A stretch of DNA of 64,000 nucleotides from Spirochaetota bacterium (lineage in GTDB: Bacteria; Spirochaetota; GWB1-36-13; JAKPDD01): positions 6,516 through 70,515 of the forward strand of contig JAKPDD010000043.1 of assembly GCA_029552945.1 (NCBI GenBank). Direction: 5' to 3'. Shown here in pieces: positions 10,226 through 20,207 of this stretch. The notes below the pieces were generated by a model that saw only the letters and a program-made list of their open reading frames with translations, was not told the DNA's origin and ran no database searches. The translations under genes and the position numbers were made by a program. Within the stretch, counting starts at the first letter, position 1. Every line of letters starts with the position of its first letter.

Positions 10226-11092
10226 TTGGAAAAGATAATAGATGGGAAAAAACTATCTTTAAAATTAAAAGAACACATAAAAAATAGATCAGAGGATCTT
10301 TATAAGTTGACTGGTAAAAGACCTAAGCTTACTGTTATAATGGTAGGTAATAATCAGGCATCTAAAGTATACGTATCTAATAAAGAAAAGTCTTGTAACG
10401 AGGTTGGTATTCATTCAAATGTTTTGCACTATGATAATATTGATACTGATAAACTTATTGAAATAATAAAAGAACTTAATGAAGATAAAGATGTAAATGG
10501 TATTCTTGTTCAACTCCCATTATCTTCTAATATAGATGAGAAAAAAGTTATTGAAGCCATCGACCCTATAAAAGATGTTGATGGGTTTCATCCTTACAAT
10601 ACTGGTAAACTTTGGATTAACGGAGATCCTTATTTTTATCCATGTACACCTTATGGTATATATAAATTACTTATAGAGAACAATGTTGAAATTAGTGGTA
10701 AGAATGCTGTTATTATTGGCAGGAGTAATATTGTTGGTAAACCTATAGCATCTATTCTCTTAAAAAATGATGCAACTGTTACTATTTGTCATAGTAAAAC
10801 TAGTGATCTTTCCTCATATACTTTAAAGGCTGATATACTTATTGCTGCTGTTGGCAAGCCCTATTTTGTTAAGAAAGATATGGTCAAAGAGGGAGCAGTT
10901 GTAATAGATGTTGGTATAAATAGAATTATTGAAGATGGGAAAAACAAAATAGTTGGTGATGTTGATTATAATGATGTTTTTGATAAAGTTTCTAAAATAA
11001 CACCTGTACCAGGTGGAGTCGGCCCTATGACTATTGCTGTTTTGCTTGAAAATACTCTTAAGGCTTTTATGATTCAAAATAATATAAAATAG
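10226..11092 (+). CDS. folD: bifunctional methylenetetrahydrofolate dehydrogenase/methenyl-THF cyclohydrolase
   Basis: Contains SKVYVSNKEK, GILVQLPL, GRSNIVGKP and VPGGVGPMTIA. TTG start after AAGGAAGGA. Confidence 0.95.
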   Translation: MEKIIDGKKLSLKLKEHIKNRSEDLYKLTGKRPKLTVIMVGNNQASKVYVSNKEKSCNEVGIHSNVLHYDNIDTDKLIEIIKELNEDKDVNGILVQLPLSSNIDEKKVIEAIDPIKDVDGFHPYNTGKLWINGDPYFYPCTPYGIYKLLIENNVEISGKNAVIIGRSNIVGKPIASILLKNDATVTICHSKTSDLSSYTLKADILIAAVGKPYFVKKDMVKEGAVVIDVGINRIIEDGKNKIVGDVDYNDVFDKVSKITPVPGGVGPMTIAVLLENTLKAFMIQNNIK

Positions 11093-11105
11093 TGGGGATT
11101 TTTTT

Positions 11106-11822
11106 ATGGATTTTTTATTTGAGTCACTTTATTTTACAGAGGATTCAGATGTTGTTAAAATGGGTTTTAGTACTAAGATAGGAGGATTTGATCCTGAATG
11201 GGGTTTTAACCTTGGGTTTAACACACTAGAAAACATTGAGCATGTTAAAATCAATAGAGAAAAATATAAAGAGATACTGGGGAAAGATCTTGAATATGCT
11301 TTTGCAGTACAGAAACATTCTAATAAAGTGATTTATGTTGATAAAGGTGGTGAATATGAGGCAGATGGTTTTGTTACTGATAAAAGAAAGCTGGTTTTAA
11401 ATATTCTTAGTGCTGACTGTTTTCCTGTTCTTGCTCATGATACCCAGAATAAGGTTATTGGTTGTTTTCATGCTGGATGGAGAGGAATAAAGGATGGTAT
11501 AATAGAAAACGGCATATCTTTGATGTTAAATTATGGGGCCAAACTTAAAAGGATTTTGGTATATATAAATCCAGGTATAAAATGGTATGATTATGAAGTT
11601 CAGGATGATATGTTAAAATATTTTTCTTCTGAAGTTTTTTATCATAAAGATAATAAATTGTACCTTGACCTTGAGAAAGAGATAGTAATTAGGCTTAAAA
11701 AATTGGGCGTTGTGAATATAATGAGTAATTTTATGTCTACTTATAGAGAGAAAAATCTTTATTCTTATAGACGAGACAAAGAAAAATCAGGAAGGTTTAC
11801 AAGCTTTATATATTTAGTTTAA
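11106..11822 (+). CDS. pgeF: YfiH/PgeF-family (Cu-oxidase-4) purine nucleoside phosphorylase-like protein
   Basis: Contains SADCFPVL, CFHAGWRG and the terminal YSYRRD motif of the family. Confidence 0.8.
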   Translation: MDFLFESLYFTEDSDVVKMGFSTKIGGFDPEWGFNLGFNTLENIEHVKINREKYKEILGKDLEYAFAVQKHSNKVIYVDKGGEYEADGFVTDKRKLVLNILSADCFPVLAHDTQNKVIGCFHAGWRGIKDGIIENGISLMLNYGAKLKRILVYINPGIKWYDYEVQDDMLKYFSSEVFYHKDNKLYLDLEKEIVIRLKKLGVVNIMSNFMSTYREKNLYSYRRDKEKSGRFTSFIYLV

Positions 11823-11839
11823 ATTAAAAATAATAAACT

Positions 11840-12505
11840 GTGGGTATTTTATTGAAAAGTTTTATCTATGTTTTAAAAAATAATTTTTTTACTTTGATAT
11901 CATCATTTTTATTATACTTCTGTCCACTCTTAATACTTTTTACCTTAGTGCTAAAAAAAATATTTGTATCCAAATATGTGAATCAATATTACTTTTTAAC
12001 TTTTATGGTAACTTATACAATATTTGAAACTCTTTTTATGTATGGTTCTATATATTTTGTTAAATATTCGGAAAAAAAGAGTTCTATAAAGGATTTTTTT
12101 AGTTTTTTATTTGTTAATTCGTCTAAATATATTTTTACCTTTTTTATAGTTGTTAGCTTAACTATCTTTGGTTTTTTTATTTTTATTATACCTGGTTTTG
12201 TACTTTTAATATTTATACCACCTGTTCTTTTTTCAGTTTTTTATTATAACATATCAGGTTTTGATGCTTTGAGAAAAGGATATATTTTATCTATAAATAG
12301 ACCCTCTTTTATTATTATCTCTTTTGGTTTAATTAATATTTTTTCGTTGATTGTAATATTTTTTATAAGACAAGTATTTGTTCTAAAGTACTATTTTATT
12401 AATCTTATACTCTTTTTTTTCTTTTCTATGCTTGTAATAACATTTTTTGAACTTATTATATATCTTTTTATTGGTACTATTTTTAAAAAGATTTCTATTT
12501 ATTAG
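11840..12505 (+). CDS. integral membrane protein (hypothetical)
   Basis: 221 aa with about 6 hydrophobic segments. GTG start; the start position is uncertain. Confidence 0.5.
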   Translation: MGILLKSFIYVLKNNFFTLISSFLLYFCPLLILFTLVLKKIFVSKYVNQYYFLTFMVTYTIFETLFMYGSIYFVKYSEKKSSIKDFFSFLFVNSSKYIFTFFIVVSLTIFGFFIFIIPGFVLLIFIPPVLFSVFYYNISGFDALRKGYILSINRPSFIIISFGLINIFSLIVIFFIRQVFVLKYYFINLILFFFFSMLVITFFELIIYLFIGTIFKKISIY

Positions 12506-12573
12506 ATAATTGATTTTTTAAAATTAAATTTTAAAAATAAATTTTTTAAATATTATATAAAAGTATAATTCTT

Positions 12574-15500
12574 ATGAAGAAAGTGTATATGAAAAACTTT
12601 TTTGCAAATTTAGCTAATGATATAAAAATTTTATTATTATCAATGATTAAAATAATTATTTCAAATATTAAAAGGTATATAAGAATTTCATTTTATTTTG
12701 TTTTTAAATCTTTAAAACATCTATTTTACACCAGAAAAATAATAAAATTGTCAATATTATTCAACACTAAGTTTTCATTTTTAGGGAAAACATTAAAAAA
12801 AATATTTTTATTAATAAAATCTGCTTTGAAAAAAATATCAAAACTATTTTATGATTATATTACAGTAGATAGGATCTCTCCTTTTTTAAATCATTTGGTT
12901 TTGAAATATCATAAACTTAAAGAATCTTATAATACTTATTCTTTCTTTTATAGAATCTTCTTATTTATATTTATATTTTCTGTAGGTTTATCTATCTTTA
13001 TTTTAAGTCTATTCCCGACAAAGTTTTTAAGAAGGGTCCTTAATTTCTCAAGTTATATTGTTAGAAGATTATTTAATATAAAGTTTAGAAAGACAATTAA
13101 AAAAACTATTGTTCTAATTAATCTTTTTGTGCATGTTTTTTTAGAAAAATTAATTTTTATTTTATTACCTTTTATAAAATTATTTTTTTCTTTCATATCT
13201 TTTATAAGATCTCTTATTATAAAATACATTTCCAGATTAAAAGTAAAAATAAAATTTTTAAATTATATAGTTCATTTTTTATTTAACTATTTTCTTAAAA
13301 AAAGACTTCTTTTCTATAGTTATATAAAAAGGCTCTTCTTCACTAATTTTGCATTTTTTAATTTATCAAAATATTTTTTAAGGCTTCTAAAAAAATTATC
13401 AATTAAAGAATATCAGAGATTAAAGTATCTAATTAAAAAACTTAATAAACTCGGATATATAAAACATTTTATTGTTTTTATTTTTGCTTTTATTTTTCTA
13501 CATGTTTTTCTGTTAAAAACACCATTTTTATTATTAACAAGAATATTAAAAGTAGTATTTTCATTTAACAATTATATTATTAAATTTTTTGCGAGCAAAA
13601 TTTTAAATATTTATTATATATTTTCAAGTTTTATAAATTTTTTATTCAATAGAGTTGTCAGAATCAATCATATTTTAAATTCACTTGATTTATTAATATT
13701 TTTGAGAAATTTTATTCTTAAACTAAAGTTAAGGGTAAAGTCTTATAATAAGTATTTTTTATTTTTTATCTTTATTTTAAGATCAGTACTTAACTATTTG
13801 AAAAGTAAGGTTATATATACTTTTTCTAAAGTTAAAAAATTAAAACATATATTTTTGTTTGTAAACATACTTTGGTTAATAAAACCATTTATAAAATTAT
13901 TAAATAATTTTCTTAATTTTTTGTATTTTCTAATTTTAAAGATAAAGATTTTTATTACAAGATTTTTATTTACCTTTACCAATATTTTACTTGCTTTTTT
14001 TATCAAAAATATACTTAAAGTCCTTTTTAAGAAGAATAGAGATATTGAATTTAGAATTAATACTTTTAAAAATAGACTATCATTATTCCTAAATAAAAGG
14101 ATAGGTTTTTCTCTTAATCTATTTAAAAAAAAACTTATATTTATTAAAATTATTGGTTTTGCTAACTGGGTTAAACATGGATATTTTGTATCTATTTTTC
14201 TTATAGTAAGTCTTTTAGGTTTTTCTTTTAATGCTATAAGTTATTACAATAAAAAACCAAGTTTTAATCATGGTGATATTACTATATGTTATGATAAAAT
14301 TGATATTAATAACATATCTCTTAATTTTGATAATTTTAAAAAAATAGACGACTGTAAAAATGCAACAGTTGTTATAACAGATAGATTTAGTAATAATTCT
14401 ATTGTATTAAAAATTGATGCTCCTATTATTGTTGGGCCCAAAAGTATTCATAATATCTCTTATAAAGAGTTAATAGCTGGGTTTAAGAATGGGTATATAA
14501 AGGATTACAAAGTTTTTATAACAAAGAGAGCAAAAGAAAAGTTTTTCAAGAATTATGATATTAAAGTTTCTGATATTATTGACTCTAATAATTTTGTTTA
14601 TGTCATATCTTTTGATGAGCTTGAAACTGAAATGAATGTTGTTATGATTGATGGTTATTATCCTTCTCGTAGTATGATTTTAAATAGATTTTATCCGTTT
14701 TCAGAGGTGGTTGTTGCAAAGATTAATAATGAGTTTGATAGTTTAAAGAAAATGTTCAAAGAACAGGATTATATGAACTCTATCATCCTTGGTGGTGATA
14801 TAATGTTTGATAGGGGTGTTAGATCAAAAATTGAGAGTAATGGATATTATTATATTATTGAAGATTTAGTAAAAATATTTTCTACTGGTAACATTTCTTT
14901 TGCTAATTTAGAGTGTCCAATTTCAGATAGAGGCTCTAAGTTCAATCTTGAAAAAGGTATATTTTTTCGCTGTAGCCCTGATAACGCTAGAATAATAAAG
15001 GAAATGGGTATCAATATTGTTTCTCTTGCAAATAATCATATACTAGATTATGGTCTTACTGCTGCCCTTGATACAATTAATTATCTTAATAAGGAAGGAA
15101 TATTTTATAGTGGAATGGGGCTTGATAGAGAGGAGTCTCTATTATCTCCTGTTTTAAATATAGGGGATAAGAGAGTGAGGATTTTATCTTATAATAATAT
15201 ATATCCTTATAGTTATAACGCTGAAGAGAATGTTCCAGGATTATTAATACTTAATAAAAGTAATATTGAAGCAGATATAAAAAAAGCAAAAGAGGGGGTT
15301 GATTATCTTTTTGTAAGTATTCATACAGGGGAAGAGTTTATAGTTTATCCAGAAAATGATAAAATTAATTTATTTAGACAGATAATAGATATGGGTGCTG
15401 ATGGTATTATTGGGGGACATCCTCACACCTTCCAACCATTCGAAATTTATAAAGGTAAGTTTATTTTCTATTCACTTGGTAATCTTATATTTGACCAGTA

Positions 15501-15708
15501 TAGACTTGGTAAAAATCTTCAGGAACAATTGGTTATTGAAATAAATTTTTATAAAGGAAAGATAAAGCATATATACCCCCACTTTTTTAAGGTTAATGAA
15601 GACTTAAAACCAGTTTATGTTAAAGGTGATTCAGATTATTATCTTTATCTTGCGGAAAGGGCAAGAATGGAATATTCAAAACAGATAGTTAAGAGAGAGG
15701 AAAAATAA
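12574..15708 (+). CDS. CapA/PGA-cap family metallophosphatase with a ~540-aa polybasic hydrophobic N-terminal extension
   Basis: The C-terminal ~500 aa carry GGDIMFDRG, ANLECPIS, SLANNHILDYG, HTGEE, GGHPHTFQP and SLGNLIFDQ. The N-terminal part stays open for >1.6 kb in AT-rich DNA, so it is under selection to remain coding. Confidence 0.8.
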   Translation: MKKVYMKNFFANLANDIKILLLSMIKIIISNIKRYIRISFYFVFKSLKHLFYTRKIIKLSILFNTKFSFLGKTLKKIFLLIKSALKKISKLFYDYITVDRISPFLNHLVLKYHKLKESYNTYSFFYRIFLFIFIFSVGLSIFILSLFPTKFLRRVLNFSSYIVRRLFNIKFRKTIKKTIVLINLFVHVFLEKLIFILLPFIKLFFSFISFIRSLIIKYISRLKVKIKFLNYIVHFLFNYFLKKRLLFYSYIKRLFFTNFAFFNLSKYFLRLLKKLSIKEYQRLKYLIKKLNKLGYIKHFIVFIFAFIFLHVFLLKTPFLLLTRILKVVFSFNNYIIKFFASKILNIYYIFSSFINFLFNRVVRINHILNSLDLLIFLRNFILKLKLRVKSYNKYFLFFIFILRSVLNYLKSKVIYTFSKVKKLKHIFLFVNILWLIKPFIKLLNNFLNFLYFLILKIKIFITRFLFTFTNILLAFFIKNILKVLFKKNRDIEFRINTFKNRLSLFLNKRIGFSLNLFKKKLIFIKIIGFANWVKHGYFVSIFLIVSLLGFSFNAISYYNKKPSFNHGDITICYDKIDINNISLNFDNFKKIDDCKNATVVITDRFSNNSIVLKIDAPIIVGPKSIHNISYKELIAGFKNGYIKDYKVFITKRAKEKFFKNYDIKVSDIIDSNNFVYVISFDELETEMNVVMIDGYYPSRSMILNRFYPFSEVVVAKINNEFDSLKKMFKEQDYMNSIILGGDIMFDRGVRSKIESNGYYYIIEDLVKIFSTGNISFANLECPISDRGSKFNLEKGIFFRCSPDNARIIKEMGINIVSLANNHILDYGLTAALDTINYLNKEGIFYSGMGLDREESLLSPVLNIGDKRVRILSYNNIYPYSYNAEENVPGLLILNKSNIEADIKKAKEGVDYLFVSIHTGEEFIVYPENDKINLFRQIIDMGADGIIGGHPHTFQPFEIYKGKFIFYSLGNLIFDQYRLGKNLQEQLVIEINFYKGKIKHIYPHFFKVNEDLKPVYVKGDSDYYLYLAERARMEYSKQIVKREEK

Positions 15709-16620
15709 TTGGAATTTTATTTTGATTTTAGAAATGAATCTTACGACCCATCTTTTATACCTTCTATAAATAATAGTTATTGTAGCCTTATTGAGGATAA
15801 TATTGTTAAAATAGGAGATTTTGATAGTTTAGATACTGTTTTTGTTGATGGAGTAATGAGAAAAGAGGCTAATATTGTTGTTGAAGAAAATAAACTTATA
15901 AATCTTGCACTTTTCAGTGTTGCATCAGGTGGTATATTGGTTAATAAAAATATTCAATCATACTTACTTGAGGATTTTATCAGTGTTAAAAGAGTTATTA
16001 TTACAAATATAGGTGATGAGGTTATTAAGGATAATATAAGATATAAATGGAATAATTTATTTAAAGATACTATCTTATATTTACCTATTATTGAAACAGA
16101 TAAGGATTTTTCTGTAACTAATTATTTGAGAGTTCTTGAATCAAGTGTTGCTGAAAATATTAGTAATACTGAATTATTAAAAGATAGTTTGATAATATTA
16201 GATGGGCCCTTACAAATGAGTTTTAAAAAAAGGGTTATAGGACTTGTCAAGACTATAAGGGAAATGTATCTTACAGAAAAAGAGTTTTTATCTTTAAAAG
16301 ATACTAAAGTCAGAGATTCAAGAAGTGGTATCTTTATAATAGAAACACCTGAAAAAAAGTATTCATGGTATATAAGATTAACAGATGGTATCTGGTTTTA
16401 CAATATGTTAAGATTAGAAGCTTTCTATTCATCTTTTTCTTTAGAGGAAATAATAAATATTGCTGATTTTACAGCCTATTTTTTACCAGGATTGGTTAAT
16501 CAATTTGATAATAGAACTCCTCAAAATCTTGCTCCGGTTTCTTATCTTGAAAAATTTCTTAAAACTTTACTTGGTAATAGCGATATTATAGAATATATTA
16601 TTAAAAGTAAAAGAGAATAG
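15709..16620 (+). CDS. hypothetical protein with weak NurA-like (RNase H-fold nuclease) motif pattern
   Basis: TTG start directly after the upstream TAA and 8 nt after AGAGGA. Carries spaced VFVDG, RVLES and IILDGPL motifs. The family call is tentative. Confidence 0.45.
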   Translation: MEFYFDFRNESYDPSFIPSINNSYCSLIEDNIVKIGDFDSLDTVFVDGVMRKEANIVVEENKLINLALFSVASGGILVNKNIQSYLLEDFISVKRVIITNIGDEVIKDNIRYKWNNLFKDTILYLPIIETDKDFSVTNYLRVLESSVAENISNTELLKDSLIILDGPLQMSFKKRVIGLVKTIREMYLTEKEFLSLKDTKVRDSRSGIFIIETPEKKYSWYIRLTDGIWFYNMLRLEAFYSSFSLEEIINIADFTAYFLPGLVNQFDNRTPQNLAPVSYLEKFLKTLLGNSDIIEYIIKSKRE

Positions 16621-16622
16621 AA

Positions 16623-18119
16623 TTGAAAAAGATACTTTTTATTATTTTTATTCCATTTTTAACTTTTTCTATTAATATAGATTTTGAAACAGCTATGAGT
16701 CTTTATGAAAAAGGTGATTATACTAATTCATATTCTGTTTTCTTTCAATTATTTAATAAAGAACCTTCAGCAAAATTAAGTTTTTATTTAGGTAATATTG
16801 CATATTTACAGAACAAGTATGAAGAAGCATGGTATTGGTACGAAAAAGGGTTGAATTATGGAATACCTAATGAAAATTTACTCTTTAATGCTGGTATTAC
16901 ATTGATAAAGATTAAAAAGTATAAAGAGGCTTTAAAGTTATTTGAAAAGATTGAAAATAAGACTCCTCTTGTTTATCTTTTGCTTTCTATTTTTTACTAT
17001 AACATAAATGATTATAAAAACTCAGGTAGAAATATAGAAAATATTATAAAAGAAAGTATTGTTTTACCTGACTCTTTTTTTAATACAATATATAAAATAT
17101 ATTTTTATTCATTAATAAAGCAATCGGATTATGATAATGCTTTAAGAACATCTTTCTTACTTGAGAGATTGGAAAAAAGTGAAATATTTTTTATTAATAA
17201 TGCTTTTCTTAATTTTATTAAAGGCCAATATTCTAAAGTTTTTAAAATTTTAGAAACTATTGAAACTGATAAATCATTTCTTATTATATCTTTAATCTAC
17301 ATTAATGAAAAAAACTTTTCAAAAGCTATCTATTATCTTGATAAAGTAAAGTCTCAAAACTCTGAAATAAATAAAATAAAAGCTTATTGTTTTTATAGGA
17401 ACGGGATGAATGAGAAGGCTTATGAGTTTATATCAAAGTCTGAACTTGTTTTACCAGAGGACTATATATTAAAAAGTGTTATTCTCTATGAAATGGGAAA
17501 ATATGATGAAGCAAGAAAAACGCTTGAGATTAAGTTTTTTAAAAATGTTGATCTTAATACTTTAATTAATCTTGTATCGATTTATATAAAACTTAAAGAT
17601 TATGATAAGGCTTTTTTTGTTGTTGATAAATTTCTTGAGGATTTTAAAGATTATGAACTTAAAATATATGCTTTTAATCTACTTTTATTACAGGAAAAGT
17701 ATAATGAAGCTTTTAGTTATGGTATTGAAATTTTAAAAAAAGATAAAGAAACAGAATATGATTATATATTTTTATATAACATGGGTAAGTTGTATGAAAG
17801 GCAAAATAAGATTGATATGGCAGAAGAGTTTTATAAAAAATCGATCTCTTTAAAGTCAGACTTTGTTTATCCTTATATAGGGCTTGCTGGTATTTTTACT
17901 CTTAAAAAAGATTATAATAAAGCTATAGATTGCTATCTTATTGTAATAGGGCTTTTGCCAGAAAATCCATACTATTATTTTTTGCTTTCTCAAGTTTTTA
18001 TGCTTTCAAATGATGAGTTTTCAGCAAAAAGGTATGCTAAAATTTCTCTTGAAAAAGGACTTGATAAGTCTTTGATAAAAAATGATACTTTACTATCAAA
18101 ACTAAATATTGATTTTTAG
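16623..18119 (+). CDS. TPR-repeat exported protein
   Basis: Signal peptide followed by TPR-like repeats (YYNINDYKNS, KGQYSKV, MGKYDEARK, KDYNKAIDCY). Confidence 0.75.
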   Translation: MKKILFIIFIPFLTFSINIDFETAMSLYEKGDYTNSYSVFFQLFNKEPSAKLSFYLGNIAYLQNKYEEAWYWYEKGLNYGIPNENLLFNAGITLIKIKKYKEALKLFEKIENKTPLVYLLLSIFYYNINDYKNSGRNIENIIKESIVLPDSFFNTIYKIYFYSLIKQSDYDNALRTSFLLERLEKSEIFFINNAFLNFIKGQYSKVFKILETIETDKSFLIISLIYINEKNFSKAIYYLDKVKSQNSEINKIKAYCFYRNGMNEKAYEFISKSELVLPEDYILKSVILYEMGKYDEARKTLEIKFFKNVDLNTLINLVSIYIKLKDYDKAFFVVDKFLEDFKDYELKIYAFNLLLLQEKYNEAFSYGIEILKKDKETEYDYIFLYNMGKLYERQNKIDMAEEFYKKSISLKSDFVYPYIGLAGIFTLKKDYNKAIDCYLIVIGLLPENPYYYFLLSQVFMLSNDEFSAKRYAKISLEKGLDKSLIKNDTLLSKLNIDF

Positions 18120-18144
18120 AAAAACAAGAGAAATATAAATAATT

Positions 18145-18426
18145 CTATATCTCTATTTTTTCTTTTATGTATTTTAAAATATCTCTTAACCATTCATCTT
18201 CAAGGCAATAAACAACCTTCTTGCCCATTCTCTGAGTTGTAAGTATATTTGATTCTCTTAGGAGTTTCAAATGTTGCGAAAGAGATGCTTGCGGAAGTTT
18301 TATTTTATCTGTCATCTCTTTTACACAACACTTTGACTCAAGTAGGTTAAGAACTATCTCAAGCCTCTTTGGGTGTGATAGTTTATCAAAAACTTTTATA
18401 ATATCTTCTGTTTTTCTTTTTTCCAT
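18145..18426 (-). CDS. ArsR/SmtB-family metalloregulatory transcription factor
   Basis: 93 aa with HPKRLEIVLNLL, a CC pair in ESKCCVKEM, and the HTH LPQASLSQHLKLLRESNIL. Confidence 0.85.
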   Translation of the reverse strand: MEKRKTEDIIKVFDKLSHPKRLEIVLNLLESKCCVKEMTDKIKLPQASLSQHLKLLRESNILTTQRMGKKVVYCLEDEWLRDILKYIKEKIEI

Positions 18427-18510
18427 ATTTCTTCTTTTTAATAGGAATAACTATAAAATATATAAAAATTTAAAACAAAAATAAATTTTAACATAAAAAT
18501 TTTAATTTTT

Positions 18511-20127
18511 TTAAGGTTTTATCTGGTCAATAAAACTTAATCTATTTTTATCAAAAACATATATATTTTTATCATTTGAGTTTATATAAATCATATCTTT
18601 ATAAATTGATATTGTTGATTCAGGGTCTATCTCTTTTTCAGTTTTTAGAGAAAGTAAAAGGTCTTTATCAAACTTACCTAAATAGAATTTATTATTATCT
18701 TTTACTATACAATATATAAAACCTTCGTCTATTCTTATAAAACTCCTTACAAATACCTGGTTTTTTGATACTTTTATAGGTTTAAGTTCATCTTTATCAA
18801 GCATTGTTAATAAATGTTCATCAGAGTTTGCACTTTTTCTTGCTATTACAATAATGCCTTCATCCATTATTGCGAAATCATAGCCAGTTATTATGTTTAG
18901 GGGTGATTTTCCTAATATTTTTCTTGTAGCAGCATCAATTGTTATCATCTGACTATCGTAAAATCCACCTGTTGTATATTTAAGTCTTTTAAGATAATAA
19001 AATCTATCTTTATATATATTTTTATCAATTAATGCTTTCTTTTCTTCAACCTCTTTTTCAAGTTTTTCTATTTTCTTTAAAGCTTCCTCTGGGCTCTTCT
19101 TAATCTCTTCTATTTTTTTTATTTCTTCTTTATCTTTCTTTATTTCTTCTTTATCTTTTTTAACTTCTTCTTTTTTTTCTTTTAATATATTTTTTTCTTG
19201 CTCAAGTTGTTTCTCATCTTTTTTAAGTTTTTCTTCCTTTTCTTTTATATCTTTATCTATTTTTTTTATTTCTTCTTCTTTTTTAACTATTTCTTTTGTT
19301 GTTTCATCGGAGACAGGTTTTGACTTAAGGTTTACAATATCTTTATTAAGTTCCTCTTTTTTTGTTTTTTCATCTTCAATTTTTTTCTTCTCTTCTTCTA
19401 TCTTTTTTTCTTTTGTTTTAATATCATCTTCAATAGATCTAATCTCTTTTTCTTTTATTTTTAATATTTCTTCTCTCTCTTTTATACCTCTATCTTCTTT
19501 TTTTCTTAACTCTTCTATAACTTTTTTGTCAGTTGTTTCAGTTGTTGATATTGTTTTTTTATCACCAATATAATCTGTTGTAAGTGGGATTAATATTCTT
19601 GTTTTACCTGGCCAGTTTTTATAATATGTATCAAGACCAGCATTATCTTTATTTATGTACTTTAAAACCTCTTTTTTATATTTTGTTTTAAAGTATTCTA
19701 TATTTCCTCTGTAGATAGCGTTATAGTAAGTTATAAATGTTGCTATTGTATAAGCCTCATCATAAGTATAATTATAAGCTTTCTTAATATATCCTGCTAA
19801 TATTTTTCTTATATTGTTTATATGATCTATTTCAGATTTTTTCTCTATTATTAATATATCAGCATCGAATCCTTTATCTTCATTAGATGTTATATGTAAC
19901 ATTGAGTACTTATATAATTTTTTTGATCCTGTTTTAGTAGCTAAACTAAGTTCTTCCCCTATTTTTATTATATTTTCAGTCTTATCTACTTTCTTTCTTT
20001 CACCTTCATAATTTATGAATTTTATAATTTTATCTGTTTTAATCTCTTCTTCAGCTACCTTATATGTGTATGATATTTGGCTAGTATTTAATAAAAATAA
20101 AATGAAAACAAGACTTTTAATTTTCAT
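18511..20127 (-). CDS. exported coiled-coil protein, P83/100-like
   Basis: Signal peptide. The N-domain (FDADILIIEKKSEIDHINNIRKILAGYIKKAY..FITYYNAIYRG..WPGKTRILIPL) resembles Borrelia P83/100 as I recall it. Has a central K/E-rich coiled coil and a C-terminal beta-rich domain. Confidence 0.55.
   Translation of the reverse strand: MKIKSLVFILFLLNTSQISYTYKVAEEEIKTDKIIKFINYEGERKKVDKTENIIKIGEELSLATKTGSKKLYKYSMLHITSNEDKGFDADILIIEKKSEIDHINNIRKILAGYIKKAYNYTYDEAYTIATFITYYNAIYRGNIEYFKTKYKKEVLKYINKDNAGLDTYYKNWPGKTRILIPLTTDYIGDKKTISTTETTDKKVIEELRKKEDRGIKEREEILKIKEKEIRSIEDDIKTKEKKIEEEKKKIEDEKTKKEELNKDIVNLKSKPVSDETTKEIVKKEEEIKKIDKDIKEKEEKLKKDEKQLEQEKNILKEKKEEVKKDKEEIKKDKEEIKKIEEIKKSPEEALKKIEKLEKEVEEKKALIDKNIYKDRFYYLKRLKYTTGGFYDSQMITIDAATRKILGKSPLNIITGYDFAIMDEGIIVIARKSANSDEHLLTMLDKDELKPIKVSKNQVFVRSFIRIDEGFIYCIVKDNNKFYLGKFDKDLLLSLKTEKEIDPESTISIYKDMIYINSNDKNIYVFDKNRLSFIDQIKP
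19121..19162. repeat. two near-identical 21-bp tandem units inside the K/E-rich coding region
   Basis: atttcttctttatctttcttt followed by atttcttctttatctttttta, encoding KKDKEEI KKDKEEI on the minus strand. Confidence 0.7.
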
Positions 20128-20207
20128 AGTAAAATCCTTATTTTTTCTTTTAAAATATAAAAGATAATAAAATGATTTTTAAGATTTTAAGATTTTTTAG
20201 TTTTTAT

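Noticed and set aside
19080-19500. A CRISPR-like or non-coding tandem repeat array.
   Set aside because: The periodicity is in frame inside a long ORF encoding a K/E coiled coil. There are no spacer-repeat architecture and no cas genes.
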